Assembly: GCA_951406725.2 (NCBI GenBank)
Contig: OX597815.1
Coordinates: 118,978,001 to 119,042,000, forward strand
DNA from: Octopus vulgaris
Taxonomy: Eukaryota
Reading direction: 5' to 3'
DNA: 64,000 bases
Part shown: positions 40,591-54,859 of the stretch, piece by piece
How positions within the stretch are numbered: position 1 is the stretch's first letter
Layout: the number at the start of each line of letters is the position of its first letter
Position numbers and translations under genes: made by a program
The notes under the pieces: generated by a model
Databases searched by the model: none
What the model was told of the DNA's origin: nothing
Seen by the model: the letters and a program-made list of their open reading frames with translations, nothing else

Positions 40591-40914
40591 AAACACATAT
40601 ACACATCTATATATATATATGTTCATAAATACATATACACGACGGGCTTCCACACAGTTTCTGTCAACGAAATTCACTCACAAGGCTCTCGTCATTCCGT
40701 GGCTAAAGTAGAAGACATTTACCCAATGTGCCGCGCAGTGGGATAAACCCCCAAAACCACGTGGCTGCAAAGCGATCTTTTTAATCATAGAGCCATTTGC
40801 AAAGTTTTGAAAAACATTCGTTGAGAAATAGTGATAAATAAACATCGGCGGTAACAAATAGGGATTTCTATCAAAATTACTGTATACTAACGACATATTT
40901 TCATTTAATTTCAG

Positions 40915-41015
40915 TATAACAATCAACGACAGCGGTTGTAAATACCTACTGGGACATAAGCAATGCTCATCGATTCTCAGAAATCTTATTGGCAGTCTTA
41001 AGATCGACTCTACAG
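40915..41015 (+). CDS. ARM-repeat/FN3 gene, exon 4
   Basis: ttaatttcag| acceptor, ACAG|gtaaga donor, phase 2 to 1. (R)ITINDSGCKYLLGHKQCSSILRNLIGSLKIDST(G). Confidence 0.88.
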
Positions 41016-42088
41016 GTAAGATATCAAGGTAACAAAGGTATTACAGTTGCTCAACCACCATTCCGCTCGATTATAAACATAAACAGTGGCTGGTTATAAT
41101 TGAGAGCATATCATCATTTTTTGGAAACGTGATTTACTGTTGTTGCCCTATCTTTCTAGCTTGTTGCTGTTGTTGGTGGTGGTGTTGTTTCTTCTTTCTC
41201 CTGCTCTTCCTGCTCTTCTTTTTCTTTTTATTCTATTTTCCACCACTTCCTCCTCCTCATCCTCCCGTCGTCGTCGTTGTCTCTACCACCACCACCACTA
41301 CCACTATCACCACTACCTCCACCACCACCACCACCACCATTACCTCCACCGCGGCCGCTGCCGCTACCGTCACCGCCACCACCACCTTCATCATAATCTC
41401 TTCTTCTTCTTCTTCTTCTTCTTCTTCTTCTTCTTCTTCTTCTTCTTCTCCTCCTCCTCCTTCTTCTTCTTCTTCTTCTTCTTCTCCTCCTCCTCCTCCT
41501 CCCCTCCTTCTTCTTCTTTTTCTTCTTCACATTCATTGTAAATCAGTCGGTTCAACTGGAGGCGGTTTCTTCTGATAGAACTCGCTGGAAGGCGTGTTTG
41601 GGAACTCTTTCCCCGCGTCCCTCCCAAGAAAAAGTTGGCGAAGAAGATAAAATGAAATGAGATGGACAGATAGCCAATCACATGGACAGACAGACAATCA
41701 GGCCAAGAGTCAGATAGACAGACAGGTAGAAAGCCAGCCAGCCAGACAGCCAGATAGACAGGTAGAAAGCCAACCGACCAGACAGATAGACAGTTAAACA
41801 GACAGAGACAATTAGACCGACAATCAAGTCAACAGTCAGATAGACAGTCAGATTGAAAGTCAGATAGAGAGCCAGATAGAAAGCCAGCCAACCAGACAAG
41901 ATAGACAGTTAAACAGACAGACAAATAGACAGACAATCAGATGGACAGACACGTGGAAAGTCAGTCACTCAGGCAGACAGGCAGATAGACAGACAGATAA
42001 ATTAATTTTCGGTAACAAAGTCACAGAAAAACATTAAGAATTTTTTTTCAATATTCTCATCGTTAAATGAATTCTGAAATTAAAAATA

Positions 42089-42587
42089 CAGTGATCCCTC
42101 GTTTATCGCGGTTGATTGGTTCCGAGACTGGCCGCGATAACTGAATTTCCACGAAGTAGAGACACCATATTTACAGTGTTTATTTAACGTGTATTTGGAC
42201 TTTTAAAACCTTCCCTGTACTGTCAACAATCCACCCATTACAGTAGTCTTTTAATAACAAGGACAACTGTTAAGCAATAACACTTTAGATTTTAAAAAAT
42301 AAAGATTGTTATTGTTACACAGGCCAGATTACAAAATACAAAGCTGTGATTCGTCGTCTCTGTCCATTGCACCAATTACAGTCCGTCTTAAGTTCAAATA
42401 CCCCTGTATATGCTTTTTTGCTATTTTATGCTTGTTTTGTTGCTTCTAGACTAGGAAATAATAATAATTATTAATATTTTAATGGCTTTAATGAAACATT
42501 TTAGGCGTTCATATATATATATATATTTTAAATCCGCGAAGTCGTGAATCCGCGATAGTTGAACCGCGAAGTAGCGAGGGATCACTG
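42089..42587. mobile_element. Tigger/pogo-like MITE
   Basis: Perfect terminal CAGTGATCCCTCG / CGAGGGATCACTG with TA on both sides and subterminal ccgcga repeats. A related terminus lies at 30560-30642. Confidence 0.88.
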
Positions 42588-42648
42588 TACACGAAAATTG
42601 CTATTAACATTTATCAGTGTATGAAATGTACTATTTCTTTCGATATAG

Positions 42649-42743
42649 GTCGAGGGACAAATGCTGCCTTTGCTCTTGGACGTCTGTATGACCAACGAAA
42701 AAAGCATCTGGTTCTAACTAAGCTTGACCATGTAGAAAATATG
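42649..42743 (+). CDS. ARM-repeat/FN3 gene, exon 5
   Basis: tttctttcgatatag| acceptor, ATG|gtaatt donor, phase 1 to 0. (G)RGTNAAFALGRLYDQRKKHLVLTKLDHVENM. Confidence 0.9.
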
Positions 42744-42990
42744 GTAATTAATTTAAAATATTCTCTGTATTTTGGGATATTCTATCAATGAGTTTCGAGA
42801 GATAATTGGTCTGATTAACCAAGATATATATTCTTCATTCTTTTACTTGGATAGCACCATGGACGCTTCAGCCGATTTTGCGAGTGGGAGACAGAAAACT
42901 GAAATAAAGTAGTTATGACAATGTGTATCCTTCTCACATTTTTCTCCCACTCTCTCCCTCCATTTCTCTATTCTCTCTCCCCACCCTTCC

Positions 42991-43062
<72 letters not shown>

Positions 43063-43125
43063 ACTATGATCGATCGCTAAATCTACAGTTTTTAAAAGAA
43101 ATTCTCTGTTTATTTGCTCGTGTTC

Positions 43126-43161
43126 CTTTCTGTTGAAGAGCGTAGGATCGAAAGGTAAAAG
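43126..43161 (+). ncRNA. minimal hammerhead-like motif, variant core CTGTTGA (degenerate copy)
   Basis: CTTT-CTGTTGA-A-GAGC gtag GATC-GAAA-GG-TA-AAAG; same family as 19422. Confidence 0.4.
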
Positions 43162-43859
43162 ACTTTCTCACTTTCCCGAGCATCAAACTAATACACCTGC
43201 TTATATATATTTGTGCATATGTGGGTACAGGACGTCACAAACCATAAACAACATTACATACGAAAACAAATGGGTTGAGTACGCAAACAACGAGAGAAAC
43301 AAATGGAAAACAGGACAAGTAACATAAAGAACGACCCTTCATCAGTTGTGGGCTGTCCATCTACTCCTCATTTCGAGCATTGAACGACAATATGAGACTT
43401 CAAAGGCAGTTGCTCCCGTAAAAACAAAAATAGAATTTGGGATTTGCGGTGGGTCAAAGTTGGCAACAACAACAGGACAGGTGAGACATACAAGAAAACC
43501 TAACGAAAACAATCATGGAGGATCGTTAGACCAGATGAGATAAAGTAGCGAACATTGGAGAAATATTGTCTTTGACACGAGAAAAGATAGAAGAAAGGAA
43601 CAGATAGGATATGTGCAGTCTCTACGACAGCACTGAAAGAAAAGAAAGGTAGACGATGGTCACGTGTGAGGAACGAGAAGGAAAGAAAAACACACAGATA
43701 GAAAGCGGTGAAGGGGAGAAAAAACGGACTTAGATAAAGAATGAGAGAGAAAACGATAGTGGGAGATAGAACAGTAAAGGGTAGAGTCGCATCAAAAATA
43801 TTAAGATAAACTTACTTGGAAATGGATGCGTGGCGTTCAATCAAATAATAATATAAATA

Positions 43860-43926
<67 letters not shown>

Positions 43927-44139
43927 TGTGTGTGTGTGTGCATATATATAGGTACAGGACGTCACAAACCGTAAACAACATAAAATGTGAAAACAAATGC
44001 GTTGAGTACGCAAACAACGAGAGAATCAAATATATATATATATCTCACTAGATGGATTTCTTACACACACACACACACACGTGCAAAAATTAGATTAGTT
44101 AAAATATATGTGCGGTGTATTAAAACTGCTAAAAGGCAA

Positions 44140-44500
44140 CTTCACTGCAGTTACCCCAGAGAAAATATTTCTCTCATGGTAAAAAGGTGTGAAAACACCC
44201 TAGTTGTTCAGTATCACCATCTATCAAGATTCTCAGACATCGATGTCTCAAGCTAGTTGGTTTTTTATCAATGGGAAATACCTAAGTGAGGCAACTCTGA
44301 ACAAATTTAGCTTTATGTGAAATAGTCAACAATGTTGACTGATTTGCACAGGCAATTCGCCCGATCATTGAAATATTAGCACCAAGAAGCTAAATTTAAG
44401 ATAGTTAAAATATATTTGTGACATATTTCAATTGCTAATAGGGTGTTTTCACATCTTTTTACCGTAGGAGAAATATTTTCTTTACGGTAACTGCAATGAA
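44140..44500. repeat. foldback/MITE-like inverted repeat
   Basis: ttcactgcagttaccccagagaaaatatttctc...gtgaaaacacccta versus tagggtgttttcac...gagaaatattttc...ggtaactgcaatgaa. Confidence 0.75.
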
Positions 44501-44504
44501 TTTG

Positions 44505-44667
<163 letters not shown>

Positions 44668-45051
44668 GTATATATAAAATTTTCTTTTATTCTTTAACTT
44701 GTTTCACTCATTTGACTGCAGCCATGCTGGGACACCCTCTTTAGTTGAGCAACTCGACCCCAGGACTTATTCTTTGTAAATCTAGTACTTATTCTATCGG
44801 CCTCTTAGCTGAACCGCTAAGTTACGGGAACGTAAATACACCAGCATCGGTTGTCAAATGATGTTGGGGGGACAAACACAGACATACAAACTCACACACA
44901 CATATACGACGGGCTTCTTTCAGTTTCCGTCTACCAAATCCACTCATAATGTTTTGGTCGGCCCGAGGCTATAGTAGAAGACACTTACCCAAGGTGCCAC
45001 GCAGTGGGACCGAACCCGGAAACACGTGGTTGGTAAGTATGCTCTTTACCG

Positions 45052-45169
<118 letters not shown>

Positions 45170-45428
45170 AACTCCAGTGATTAAGTATCTATATGTGTGT
45201 ATCTTTTTGTCTGTGTTTGTCCACCCACCCCCATCACTGCTTGACAACCAGTGTTTATGTCCCCCGTAACTTAGCGGTTCGGCAAAAGAAACTGATAGAA
45301 TAAGTACTAGGCTTTAAAAAAGTCCTGGGTCAATTTCTTTGACTAAAACCCTTCAAGGCGGTGTTCCAGCATGGCCACAGTCAAATGATTGAAACAAGTA
45401 AACGAGTAAAGGTATATATATATATATA

Positions 45429-45813
45429 CTAGCAGTATCGCCCGGCGTTGCTCAGGTTTGTAAGGGAAATAACTATAAAGCATTTTTAGAGAGTTATAGC
45501 CAAAAAATAGCAAAAAAATGGAAAAAAAAATTATGGTAAATTTTTTTTGAGGGATAAAAAAGGTCGAGTTGCGTCCCCTAGACGGTCTGTGGTTTGGGTT
45601 TCAGATTCTCGACCCCATGTCGAATTTATCGATCTTTTTCAGAAGTGGGGGAACTTTTCAAAATTTTCGCTGCGTTAGTTTTGAATTATGACATTGGGCT
45701 ATGTGTGTGTCAAGTTTCATCAGAATCGGTTGAAAGCCGTGGTCAGAGTGAGGGTACGAGAAAACAGACACACAGAAAACGCACAGACAAACTGCCGTTT
45801 ATATAGAGAGAGA
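45429..45813 (-). mobile_element. non-autonomous Helitron
   Basis: On the minus strand it starts A|TC and ends with a GC-rich subterminal hairpin-like segment plus CTAG|T. No TSD. Confidence 0.75.
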
Positions 45814-45831
45814 TAATGTGAGAGAGATAAT

Positions 45832-45869
<38 letters not shown>

Positions 45870-46018
45870 GTATGTATGAATGTATGAATATATAGATGGA
45901 TGGATGTTCTATCAAATTAGCGACTGGTAATTCTGCTACAATAGATTAATAAAGTCATTATTTTCTCTTAAACGTAGTTTAATTAATAACGGCAAGCATA
46001 TATTAATTTCCTTTCTAG

Positions 46019-46215
46019 ATTACTGCACTTTCAAAGATGTTAACCTACACTGACCCCAGTGCATGCAAGAATGCATGTTTTGCTCTCAGTTCTATTTTTA
46101 TCAAAAAATGGAACCAAGATATATTTCTCTCCTCTCCCTGCTGCATAGAGATCTTGGAAACACTTGCTAAACTCTTATTTTCTGAAGATCATGAAACAGG
46201 ATGGTTCGCTGCCGT
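46019..46215 (+). CDS. ARM-repeat/FN3 gene, exon 6
   Basis: tttcctttctag| acceptor, GT|gtaagt donor, phase 0 to 2. ITALSKMLTYTDPSACKNACFALSSIF...LETLAKLLFSEDHETGWFAA(V). Overlaps track ORF 46037..46219. Confidence 0.9.
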
Positions 46216-47786
46216 GTAAGTTTTGTTATTACCTCTATTTTTCATAATATGAGTTAACTATTATAGTTCTACATATTCTTCAACACTTTGAAACTATTTT
46301 GCGTCTAGAATATAATTTTCTGTTTTATTAATGTAACGCAGTATTGTAAAAATAAAGGTCAATCGCAGGTGTGCATATAATGCTAACATGCTTTCTATGT
46401 AGTCTCGATCAGACATAGACACTTTCTCGGCCTCTTACACTTTACCCCACTGGTCACCCCAGTGGTCACTCTGAATGGGATAACAAACTGACACTCTTTC
46501 GATAACGACAATGAATGTTCCAGCTAATCCGTTTAACGGAACAACCTGCTCGTAAACTTAACGTGCATGTGGCTGAGCACTCCACAGCCACGCATACCCT
46601 TAATGTAGTTCTCAAGAAGATTCAGCGTGATACAGAATGTTACAAGGCTGGCCCTTTAAATTACAGGTACCTTTCATTTTTGCCAGCTGAGTGGGCTGGA
46701 GCAACGTGAAATAAATTGTCTTGTTTAAGAACACAATGCATCGCCGGGAATCGAACTCACGATCTCGTGATCGTCAACTGAATAGCTTAATGACTAAGCC
46801 ATGCGCCTTCACTTGAATGTGATAGGTGGTGGTAGTGTGGGCTGCATTTGCTGTTAATTATTTCCAGATGGCGCAATATAGACTGGAGCAACGTGAAATG
46901 AATATTTCTACTGTTCTGCTTACAAATTATATTCGTAATGTGCGTGTTGGATGGTTAATTTCTCTTTCTTAAAACTCTAGCTTTCCCGAATTATCACTTA
47001 GATATTTACTAATAAAACCAAGCACAACAATTATTATTGGTATAAATGTAAATTTAACCTCAGTAGAGAAGCTGAAAGTTATGAAATAGTTATATGAAGT
47101 TACCCTCTTTCTCTTTAATTTTCCAAGAAATATTTACATTAGCAGTGGAGCTGACCTTTATGATGGTACATAGTTTTTCTTGCCTGTCCCAAATAAATAT
47201 ATCCGGCCTCTTATGTTTGTAGAAGATTTGATAGAAATGTTCCACCAATATTCCTTTGTCTTAATGTTTATGCAAGTATTCAACAACAGATGGGATGCTC
47301 TATATTTATCTCAGGACAGTCTCTTTTCGTTTTTCTGGATGGCATTGTATGTTGTTTTAGCGAGAAGGTCGTATCACACTGTGAGGTAGTACCTTGGTGG
47401 CATTTTTGACCAGCTGCTGGCCACATGCGTGATATCTTCTACATAAATGGAGCATTATTTATATTTTCTATTACATATCGGACCTGCAAGGGATCAGCTG
47501 CTGAGCAATACCTTGAACTTGATATTTTTTGCCTTGCAAATCGAGTTTTTTTTCTTTTCAAATACTTTAAACACGAATTTTTCTTGTTATCCAGAGAAGT
47601 TTTATTTCAACATTAATTCTATCATATTCAGTGCCTAAGTTGACTTTACATTATTTTATTTTGAAGGTATGTAATGATAATTTGTAGTTTGTCTAACGGT
47701 AAATAGTCATGAGAAGAGTAAAGTAATTTAATAACTTGTATCTTGGTCGTGAAACAAATTTCATGATTTGCTAATGTTCTTTTCAG

Positions 47787-47865
47787 TACACTTCATACGA
47801 TTGCCAGATTCCCTCGGGGATGCTTGCAGATCCGAAGACATAAAACTGTTGAGACATCCATGAAG
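47787..47865 (+). CDS. ARM-repeat/FN3 gene, exon 7
   Basis: gttcttttcag| acceptor, AAG|gtagat donor, phase 2 to 0. (V)TLHTIARFPRGCLQIRRHKTVETSMK. Confidence 0.85.
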
Positions 47866-49191
47866 GTAGATATAATCGAGTCATAATCATGTCCCCGATA
47901 TAAATTATAAGCCATGCAAAATAATATCATTTTTATTAATTTCGGGTAATGAAGCAAATTAATTCAGGCGGACCGTATGAAATAATTTTTCCCCCTATTT
48001 TTGTTTCGTTGTATTTTGGTCTAACGTAATTTCGATATGCTGAAGCTTATTCTTTTGAAAGAAACTATTATTAAACTATTATTCCACCTGGATAGGGCGC
48101 CAGTCTACTGCAATCATTGGTCATGTGAAGAATTCTTCATCAACCATAATACACTTTGTCTACAACGATGAATTTTAACATTCCATTGTATCTAGTTATA
48201 GTTATGTAAAAATGGGTTTATTTACAGAATTGTCAACATAGACCAACATTTTATAAACATACATTTCTTTTTGCTCTTTAATTGCTAAATGGCTCCTTTT
48301 ATGAGACAGGAAATCAATTCCTAAAAATAATTATTTTGTAGACTCCATGATGTCGAGTACTACAAAAGATTGACACACAAATGTTAATTCTTGGAAATTG
48401 TTTAAGTTATTGAAAATTTCTCATAAAAAATACAGAACATTATTCCTAAAGCTTATAACAGAATCCCGTTGAAATCAATCAGTTCTTTTTTTATATTTAT
48501 TTTATCGATAATAGCTTCAAGAGAACCTGTAAATCATGCTTACCTTCCAAATATGAACAAAACGTTCTCAGTGGCTAATCAAGTGTTAAACAACTATTAA
48601 AATTATCTTGACTGCGGCCATGCTGGGGCACGGACTTGAATGGTTTAGTCGAACATATCCACCCTAGTACATATATTTTAAGCCTATTCTACCGGTCTCA
48701 TTTACTGAACGAGGACGTAAACAAACCAACGCCGGTTTTCAAGCCAGTGGTGAGGGAGACAAACACAACAAAACCACACACACACACGACGGGCGTTTTC
48801 AGTTTCCGCCTATAAAATCCACTTACAAGGAATTGGTCGATCTGGTTCTCTTGTAGAAGACACTTGTCTTAGGTGCCACACAATATTACTGAACCCAAGA
48901 CCCCCTGGTTAGGAAGCAAATTTTTTACCTACACAGCCACGTCTGCTCCTATAATTACTGAATTGAAATTATTTTTTTCTAAATATAGGCGATATAAAAT
49001 TATTGGCTAGCTCTTGGTTCAGAATATGATGAGTCAATAATAGCTGACTGTCGCAGCTGATATCCTCTAGATGTGTTTATTTAAATGCTCTTTCTTAAAA
49101 TCTGTTTTATAAATCCACTCGTTAAATGCGAGGCTGTTCCATGTTTTATTCATCAGTTATTTGAGATAAATTTATGTCAGTTATTTTCCAG

Positions 49192-49294
49192 AATTCTCTT
49201 AAAAATGAAGACAATCAGGATCTCGTAGAAGAGATAACATCAGCTCTGAAAATTATTAAAAGATTAGAAAAACCATCTCCTCCAAGAATTCGAC
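49192..49294 (+). CDS. ARM-repeat/FN3 gene, exon 8 (linker into FN3)
   Basis: ttattttccag| acceptor, C|gtaaga donor, phase 0 to 1. NSLKNEDNQDLVEEITSALKIIKRLEKPSPPRIR; PSPP is a typical FN3 start. Confidence 0.85.
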
Positions 49295-49354
49295 GTAAGA
49301 AAACTTGTTATTATGACGCATATGTCTTATAATATTTTACACCCGATTTAAATA

Positions 49355-49912
49355 CGCAGTCTGATCAAAAAGTATCGGAACTGGTGCTATAAAAAGAAAA
49401 CTAGAGCACATATAAATTCGGCATTTAATCTCTTTCTAAGTAGTCCTCTTCTGAAGCCACACGTTTATCCAGCGTTGTTTCCTATGATGGAAGCGTCCAT
49501 GGAACTCCTTTCTTGAGATAACGAGCAGCTGCCTCGTCACATTCTCTTGGATTTCCGCGACGTCTTGAAATCTTGTTGGGGTCTTTCACTAAGAAAACTG
49601 AGCCTTGGCTACGAGGTCATACCCATAGACCCACAATTTGTTACCTGTTATAACCATTTTCAAAAGGTTTTCGTCCTCCTCAACACAATCAAGGAGATCC
49701 TGCATAACTGTTGCCAAATCTTAAGATGATCATACTCTACACACTTTACTTCCAAAAAGCACTGCTATAAACAACAGAAGTCAGTGAGAACATTATAGCT
49801 TAGTGCGCAAGCAGAGCAGAGTTCAAGGTCAATCTGTGCAGAGCAGCTTCATTCTGCGTACGTTAGCTCCGTTACCATAACAACAGACCCGATACTTTTT
49901 CATCAAACTTCG
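49355..49912 (-). mobile_element. internally deleted mariner, same family as 29663
   Basis: TA-flanked related TIRs. The right part matches the 5' arm of the 29663 element; the left part encodes a mariner-like C-terminus (..VASEEDYLE). Confidence 0.8.
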
Positions 49913-50961
49913 TAAATGTGTTATTAACAAAAATATGAGTTACATGCTCAATTTAATAAACTAACTGAAGTTACGATACTATTCTCATGGGTATGGGTTC
50001 GAATGATAGCTTTTTCAATGGAAGTCAGTAAGCTAAAATCAGTAGAGGTAGCACTTGAAGAAAATGAATTAAAATAAAATGAAATGTTAAATAACATACA
50101 ATTCAGATAATATTGATCTCAAATTTTTGGCACAAAGCTAGCAATTTCTGGGGAAAGGGAAAGTCGATTACGTCGACCCCAGTACTCAACTGGTGCTTAT
50201 TCTATCGATCCCGAAAGAATGAAAGACAAAATCGACCTTGATGAAATTTGAACTCAGAACGTAGAGACGGACCAAATGCCGCTAAGAGTTCAGCCCTGCT
50301 TGCTAACAATTCTGCCAGCTCGCCTCCTTGCAGTTGAGGTAATATTAAGAAGAAATAAAATAAATTCAAATATTGTTTAATGGTTAGAAATTTTGACACA
50401 TGGCTAGCAATTTTAGGGGAAGTGGTAAATCGATTTTATTGAGCCTTTTCCCCATTGCTCAAATGGTACTTATTTTATCAACCCTGGAAGGATAAAAAGC
50501 AAAGTCGACCTCACAGAGTTTTTATTCGGAACATAATGGCATTTTTGTCCAATACTTTTACGATTCTGCCAGTTCGCTGCCTATGAAGTAGTGAAAAGTT
50601 AAACTGAATAACTCATGCTAACGGAGGTAACATTACGAAGAAATAAAATAAAATAAAGTAAAGCATAAATATTAAACTGAATTAGCCGTGGGGGTGTAGT
50701 TAAGGATTTTGCTACTCAACTATGTGGTCTTGGAGGCGATTTCTTCAAATAAATACTTGAAGGCTGTGTGATCCAGCATGGCCACAATCTAATAACAAAA
50801 ATTCTGCACAACTCGCCAATGTGATTGAATAAGAAAGGTCAGTTGAAAATATAGAGGGAAGGTACCAAGACAATAATAATAATTATGGTGATTAGATTTA
50901 TTTATTTCAAATAGATTTTAGCCTTTTTTTATAGATTTTTTTTTTTTTGGCATCTTTATAG

Positions 50962-51045
50962 ATATTGATTCTACATGGCTTGAAATCGAATGGAATCAGG
51001 TGATATCAAAATGTGGCTTCATTATAACGTACAAGATTTTTGTAG
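50962..51045 (+). CDS. ARM-repeat/FN3 gene, exon 9 (FN3 N-terminal half)
   Basis: poly-T...ctttatag| acceptor, G|gtaagt donor, phase 1 to 1. (H)IDSTWLEIEWNQVISKCGFIITYKIFV has the FN3 strand-B Trp and strand-C Tyr. Confidence 0.88.
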
Positions 51046-51395
51046 GTAAGTGTTTTCTCATCTAAACTAAGCTTAGTAAAAGAAAACAAAAACCATTTAC
51101 TTTTATCTATGATTTCGGAAGTTATGTTTAATTAATTGGCCTCCTAAGTTTTCCTATCAAGATGCCAATATATTTTGTTTGAAAAGTTCAATATACTGTA
51201 GTAAATTAATACTGCAAACGAGAGTATTTCAAGTTCTTTGTACTGCATTTGATTGCATACAAATTTATGTTTATTATAATCCGTTAAGTAATCCAATAAT
51301 TACAGCTATTAAGGAATTATTGATTATTATCTTAACCGATATATATGTGTAGCATTATATTTGTCTGTTTGGACGGAAACGGAAAGAATCTCGTC

Positions 51396-51496
<101 letters not shown>

Positions 51497-51858
51497 ATAT
51501 ATATATATATGTGTGTGTGTGTGAGTTTATGTGTATGTATGTATATGTGTGTGTGTGTGTTTATGTGTGTGTGCTTGTACCCCACCATCTTTTGACAACC
51601 CGTGTTGGTCTTTACGTTCTTGTAACTTAACGGCTCGTCAAAAGACATCAATGGAATAAGTATCATGCTTAAAGACATTTTTGTCGAAAGAATACGCGTC
51701 TTATATGCATCAAGTACGGTAAGTTCAATTAACTTCTGTTTTAGTTATAAAATTTTATAACAAGTAAAAGATAACTTATTCATGGATCTCCTTCTACCAT
51801 TGGATTACGCCACCTTATTCGTTCGGATTATACCACTGCAGCACCTTTGATTGTGAAT

Positions 51859-51937
<79 letters not shown>

Positions 51938-52014
51938 ATAATATTAGGGAGTAAATCCAAACCTACAGGGAAAAAATTAGATTTAGGATTAAATCCAATT
52001 TTACAGTATAAATA

Positions 52015-52280
52015 TATATATATTAAATTAGAGATAAAACCACTATTAGGCAAACCAAACAGTGAAAAACATAAACCAAAACATAGAAATAAAATTAATT
52101 AATATAATATACAAAATATAAAATATAAAAAATATAAAATATAAAATTCAAAATTTAAATTATTTAAATTTTAAGTTTAAAATTTTATATATTTTGTATA
52201 TTATATTAATTAATTTTATTTCTATGTTTTGGTTTATGTTTTTCACTGTTTGATTTGCCTAATAGTGGTTTTATCTCTAA

Positions 52281-52295
<15 letters not shown>
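52015..52295. repeat. near-perfect AT-rich inverted repeat
   Basis: aaattagagataaaaccactattaggcaaa...tttgcctaatagtggttttatctctaattt, arms of about 110 bp. Confidence 0.9.
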
Positions 52296-52333
<38 letters not shown>

Positions 52334-52459
52334 CCCCCATGCAATTTCCTCCCACCCGGTGCAACCTGTCGGCTCCAGCACATCCCGCTTTCCTATATGT
52401 GCGTGTATATGCGTATGTGTGTGTGTATGTATATGTATGTGCACATATGTGTACGTATA

Positions 52460-52497
<38 letters not shown>

Positions 52498-54185
52498 CGT
52501 GTGTGTGTGTGGGTGGGTGTGTGTATGTGCATATATGTTTCCCTGCACTTTCCTCCTATATATACAAATTTTGTCTCCCATACATGACTTCTTTTCCCTA
52601 AATATTTCTTCTCCTACACCCATATCCTTCCTATATAGTCTCTTTACTTCCCTATATCTATACCCTTTCACATTTCTAACTCGGATGTTGAACGCACACC
52701 GCCAAACTCCACTTCCCACCCTTCCAATTTTCAGTTCCCCCCGCCCGCCCCTACGTGGACACTTTTAACACACACCTCTAACTTTCAACCACCTTCATCT
52801 CATGTTAAATTATATTTTTATCTTATTTTATTTTATTTTATTTTTACTCTTATTCTACTTCCATTTATTCTCATTTTCATTTTCATCCCTTACCTTAACT
52901 CTTATAATTTTTATAATTTTTATATTTCATTTCTAACTATTACATTGTATTTCTTATTTTATACTGTATTTCTTACTTTTATTTCTAATTTTTACCCTTA
53001 CCCTCATTCTTACCCCTAACTTATCGCTTTACATCTCTCTATATGTTTATTTACTTACCTATAGATCCACTTTTGACTATGCGAGCGTCCGTGTACGTAT
53101 GTATACGCATACATACATAAACGCGCGCATATATGTACATGCATATTTTGATATCTTATAGCTATACCCATATGTCTCTGTGTGTGTGTGTAGGTGTATA
53201 TGTGCACGCACATACGTACACACAGCCGTGTGTGCGTGCACGCATAGACGTGATTCCTTACATACGCTCTTATATACATCCTTTAATATCTTATATCTAG
53301 ACCTGGAAGCGTGGGCATATGCGTGTGTGTATGTAGGGATGGGCGCGCGTATGTACATGTGAGTGTGTACACGTATAGTGTCCGTGTATACATGCGGATA
53401 TTCTGTTGTATGTATGTATGTGTACGCACGTGCGTGTGGGTGTGTGTGTGTTTATATGCATGTTTACACGCGAGTGCGTGTGTATGCTTATAGGCTTGGA
53501 GGCGTATATGTACGCGTGTATATGGGTGTGTGTATCCATGTTGGTATGTATGTACTAGAAGTCCAAATAATTCAAGGAACCAGATTAAACGCTCAACAGC
53601 TCTGATTTACAACGCATTAGGTCCCCAGACGAAACTGTTGATTTACTGACAATTCTACAACTAAATTTTATCAATCTCCTGACCACCATGCTTGGTCCTT
53701 AACCTCTATACATCCCTTATCTTTATATTTTTTTATATTTTGTTTTTTTATATTTTGTTACATTTTTATCATGTTTTTTTACTTTTATTTTTATTTCTAT
53801 TTCTATTTTTACTTTATAACCTTATGCCTTTACATTTATTTATATTTCTTTATATTTCTTTATATTCTTTATACCCCCTTTACATCTCCTTATATCTCTT
53901 TATATCTTTATGCTCTACATTTTTATATTTTTCTATACTTACACTTTTTATACATTTTTTATCCCCCGTCCTGAATTCTCGCCCCTCCATCTTCACGTAT
54001 ATACATGTATTTATTTATTTACATTACTTCAACATCCATTTTTCCTCATCCTACATTGAGAGAAGAAAGAGATGGACGCTTCAATTCTATGCTGCTGTCG
54101 CATTATGTCGTACGCGAATGGGAGGATTTGCATCCCCAACCAAGAATTTTTGATGTAACACATGTCCTTGTGGAAGCTGTTGTGC

Positions 54186-54263
54186 GCGGCTGAAGAAGGC
54201 CACAGACATACATTATGCATTGTTATAAATCTGTCTAATAAAGGCCCGAAACATATGTACCGC
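54186..54263 (+). ncRNA. type I hammerhead ribozyme motif (Penelope-type, palindromic stem III)
   Basis: GCGG-CTGAAGA-A GGCC...GGCC C-GAAA-CATATG-TA-CCGC. Stem I GCGG/CCGC, intact core, stem II GGCC/GGCC with inner AGACA/TGTCT helix, palindrome ACATATGT, GUA cleavage triplet (cut after 54259). Confidence 0.75.
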
Positions 54264-54293
54264 TGAATCCTTCGCATCATGTTTTTATTTTGA

Positions 54294-54336
<43 letters not shown>

Positions 54337-54488
54337 TAACATATCTAGTGGGGAGACGGTAGGGACGGTAGAGGCGGTAGGGGCACCACCTTTGGGTCTG
54401 CTGTAGGCAATATGTGTATTTTGTGGGATCCGAGGGCAGCAAAGGAGAAGGCCTGTTCCAGGCGGCACACACTCTAGCTAAGCTAGTG

Positions 54489-54539
<51 letters not shown>

Positions 54540-54825
54540 TTCGTTTTTAGATTTGGTTTGCAAGATTCTTTATGTGAGTCCGTGTGTTGAAGCATATACT
54601 GTTGTGTCTGGGGAGAGTCATTCTCTTTTAGCGCCTTATAATTTAACACACTCACCGGTAAAATTTCCACTCATTTCCTTCTTTATTTTTCTAAAAATTT
54701 CGTTGCGTCTTGCAACCTTTTCAATAGTTGTCAACTCTGTCTGTTATTTACACAGCATTCTTTATTTGTTTTGTTTGTACGCATGTGTGTGCATACACAT
54801 GTATTTATGTATGTATATATGTATG

Positions 54826-54859
<34 letters not shown>

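Noticed and set aside
43330-43350. Minus-strand CTGATGA within a tandemly repeated Penelope-like segment (43225-43300 / 43950-44025)
   Set aside because: No matching stem II and GAAA found nearby.
53594-53640. caacag...CTGATT...CGAAA-ctgttg hammerhead-like pairing
   Set aside because: Core lacks the GA of CUGANGA and a valid UH site; too degenerate to call.
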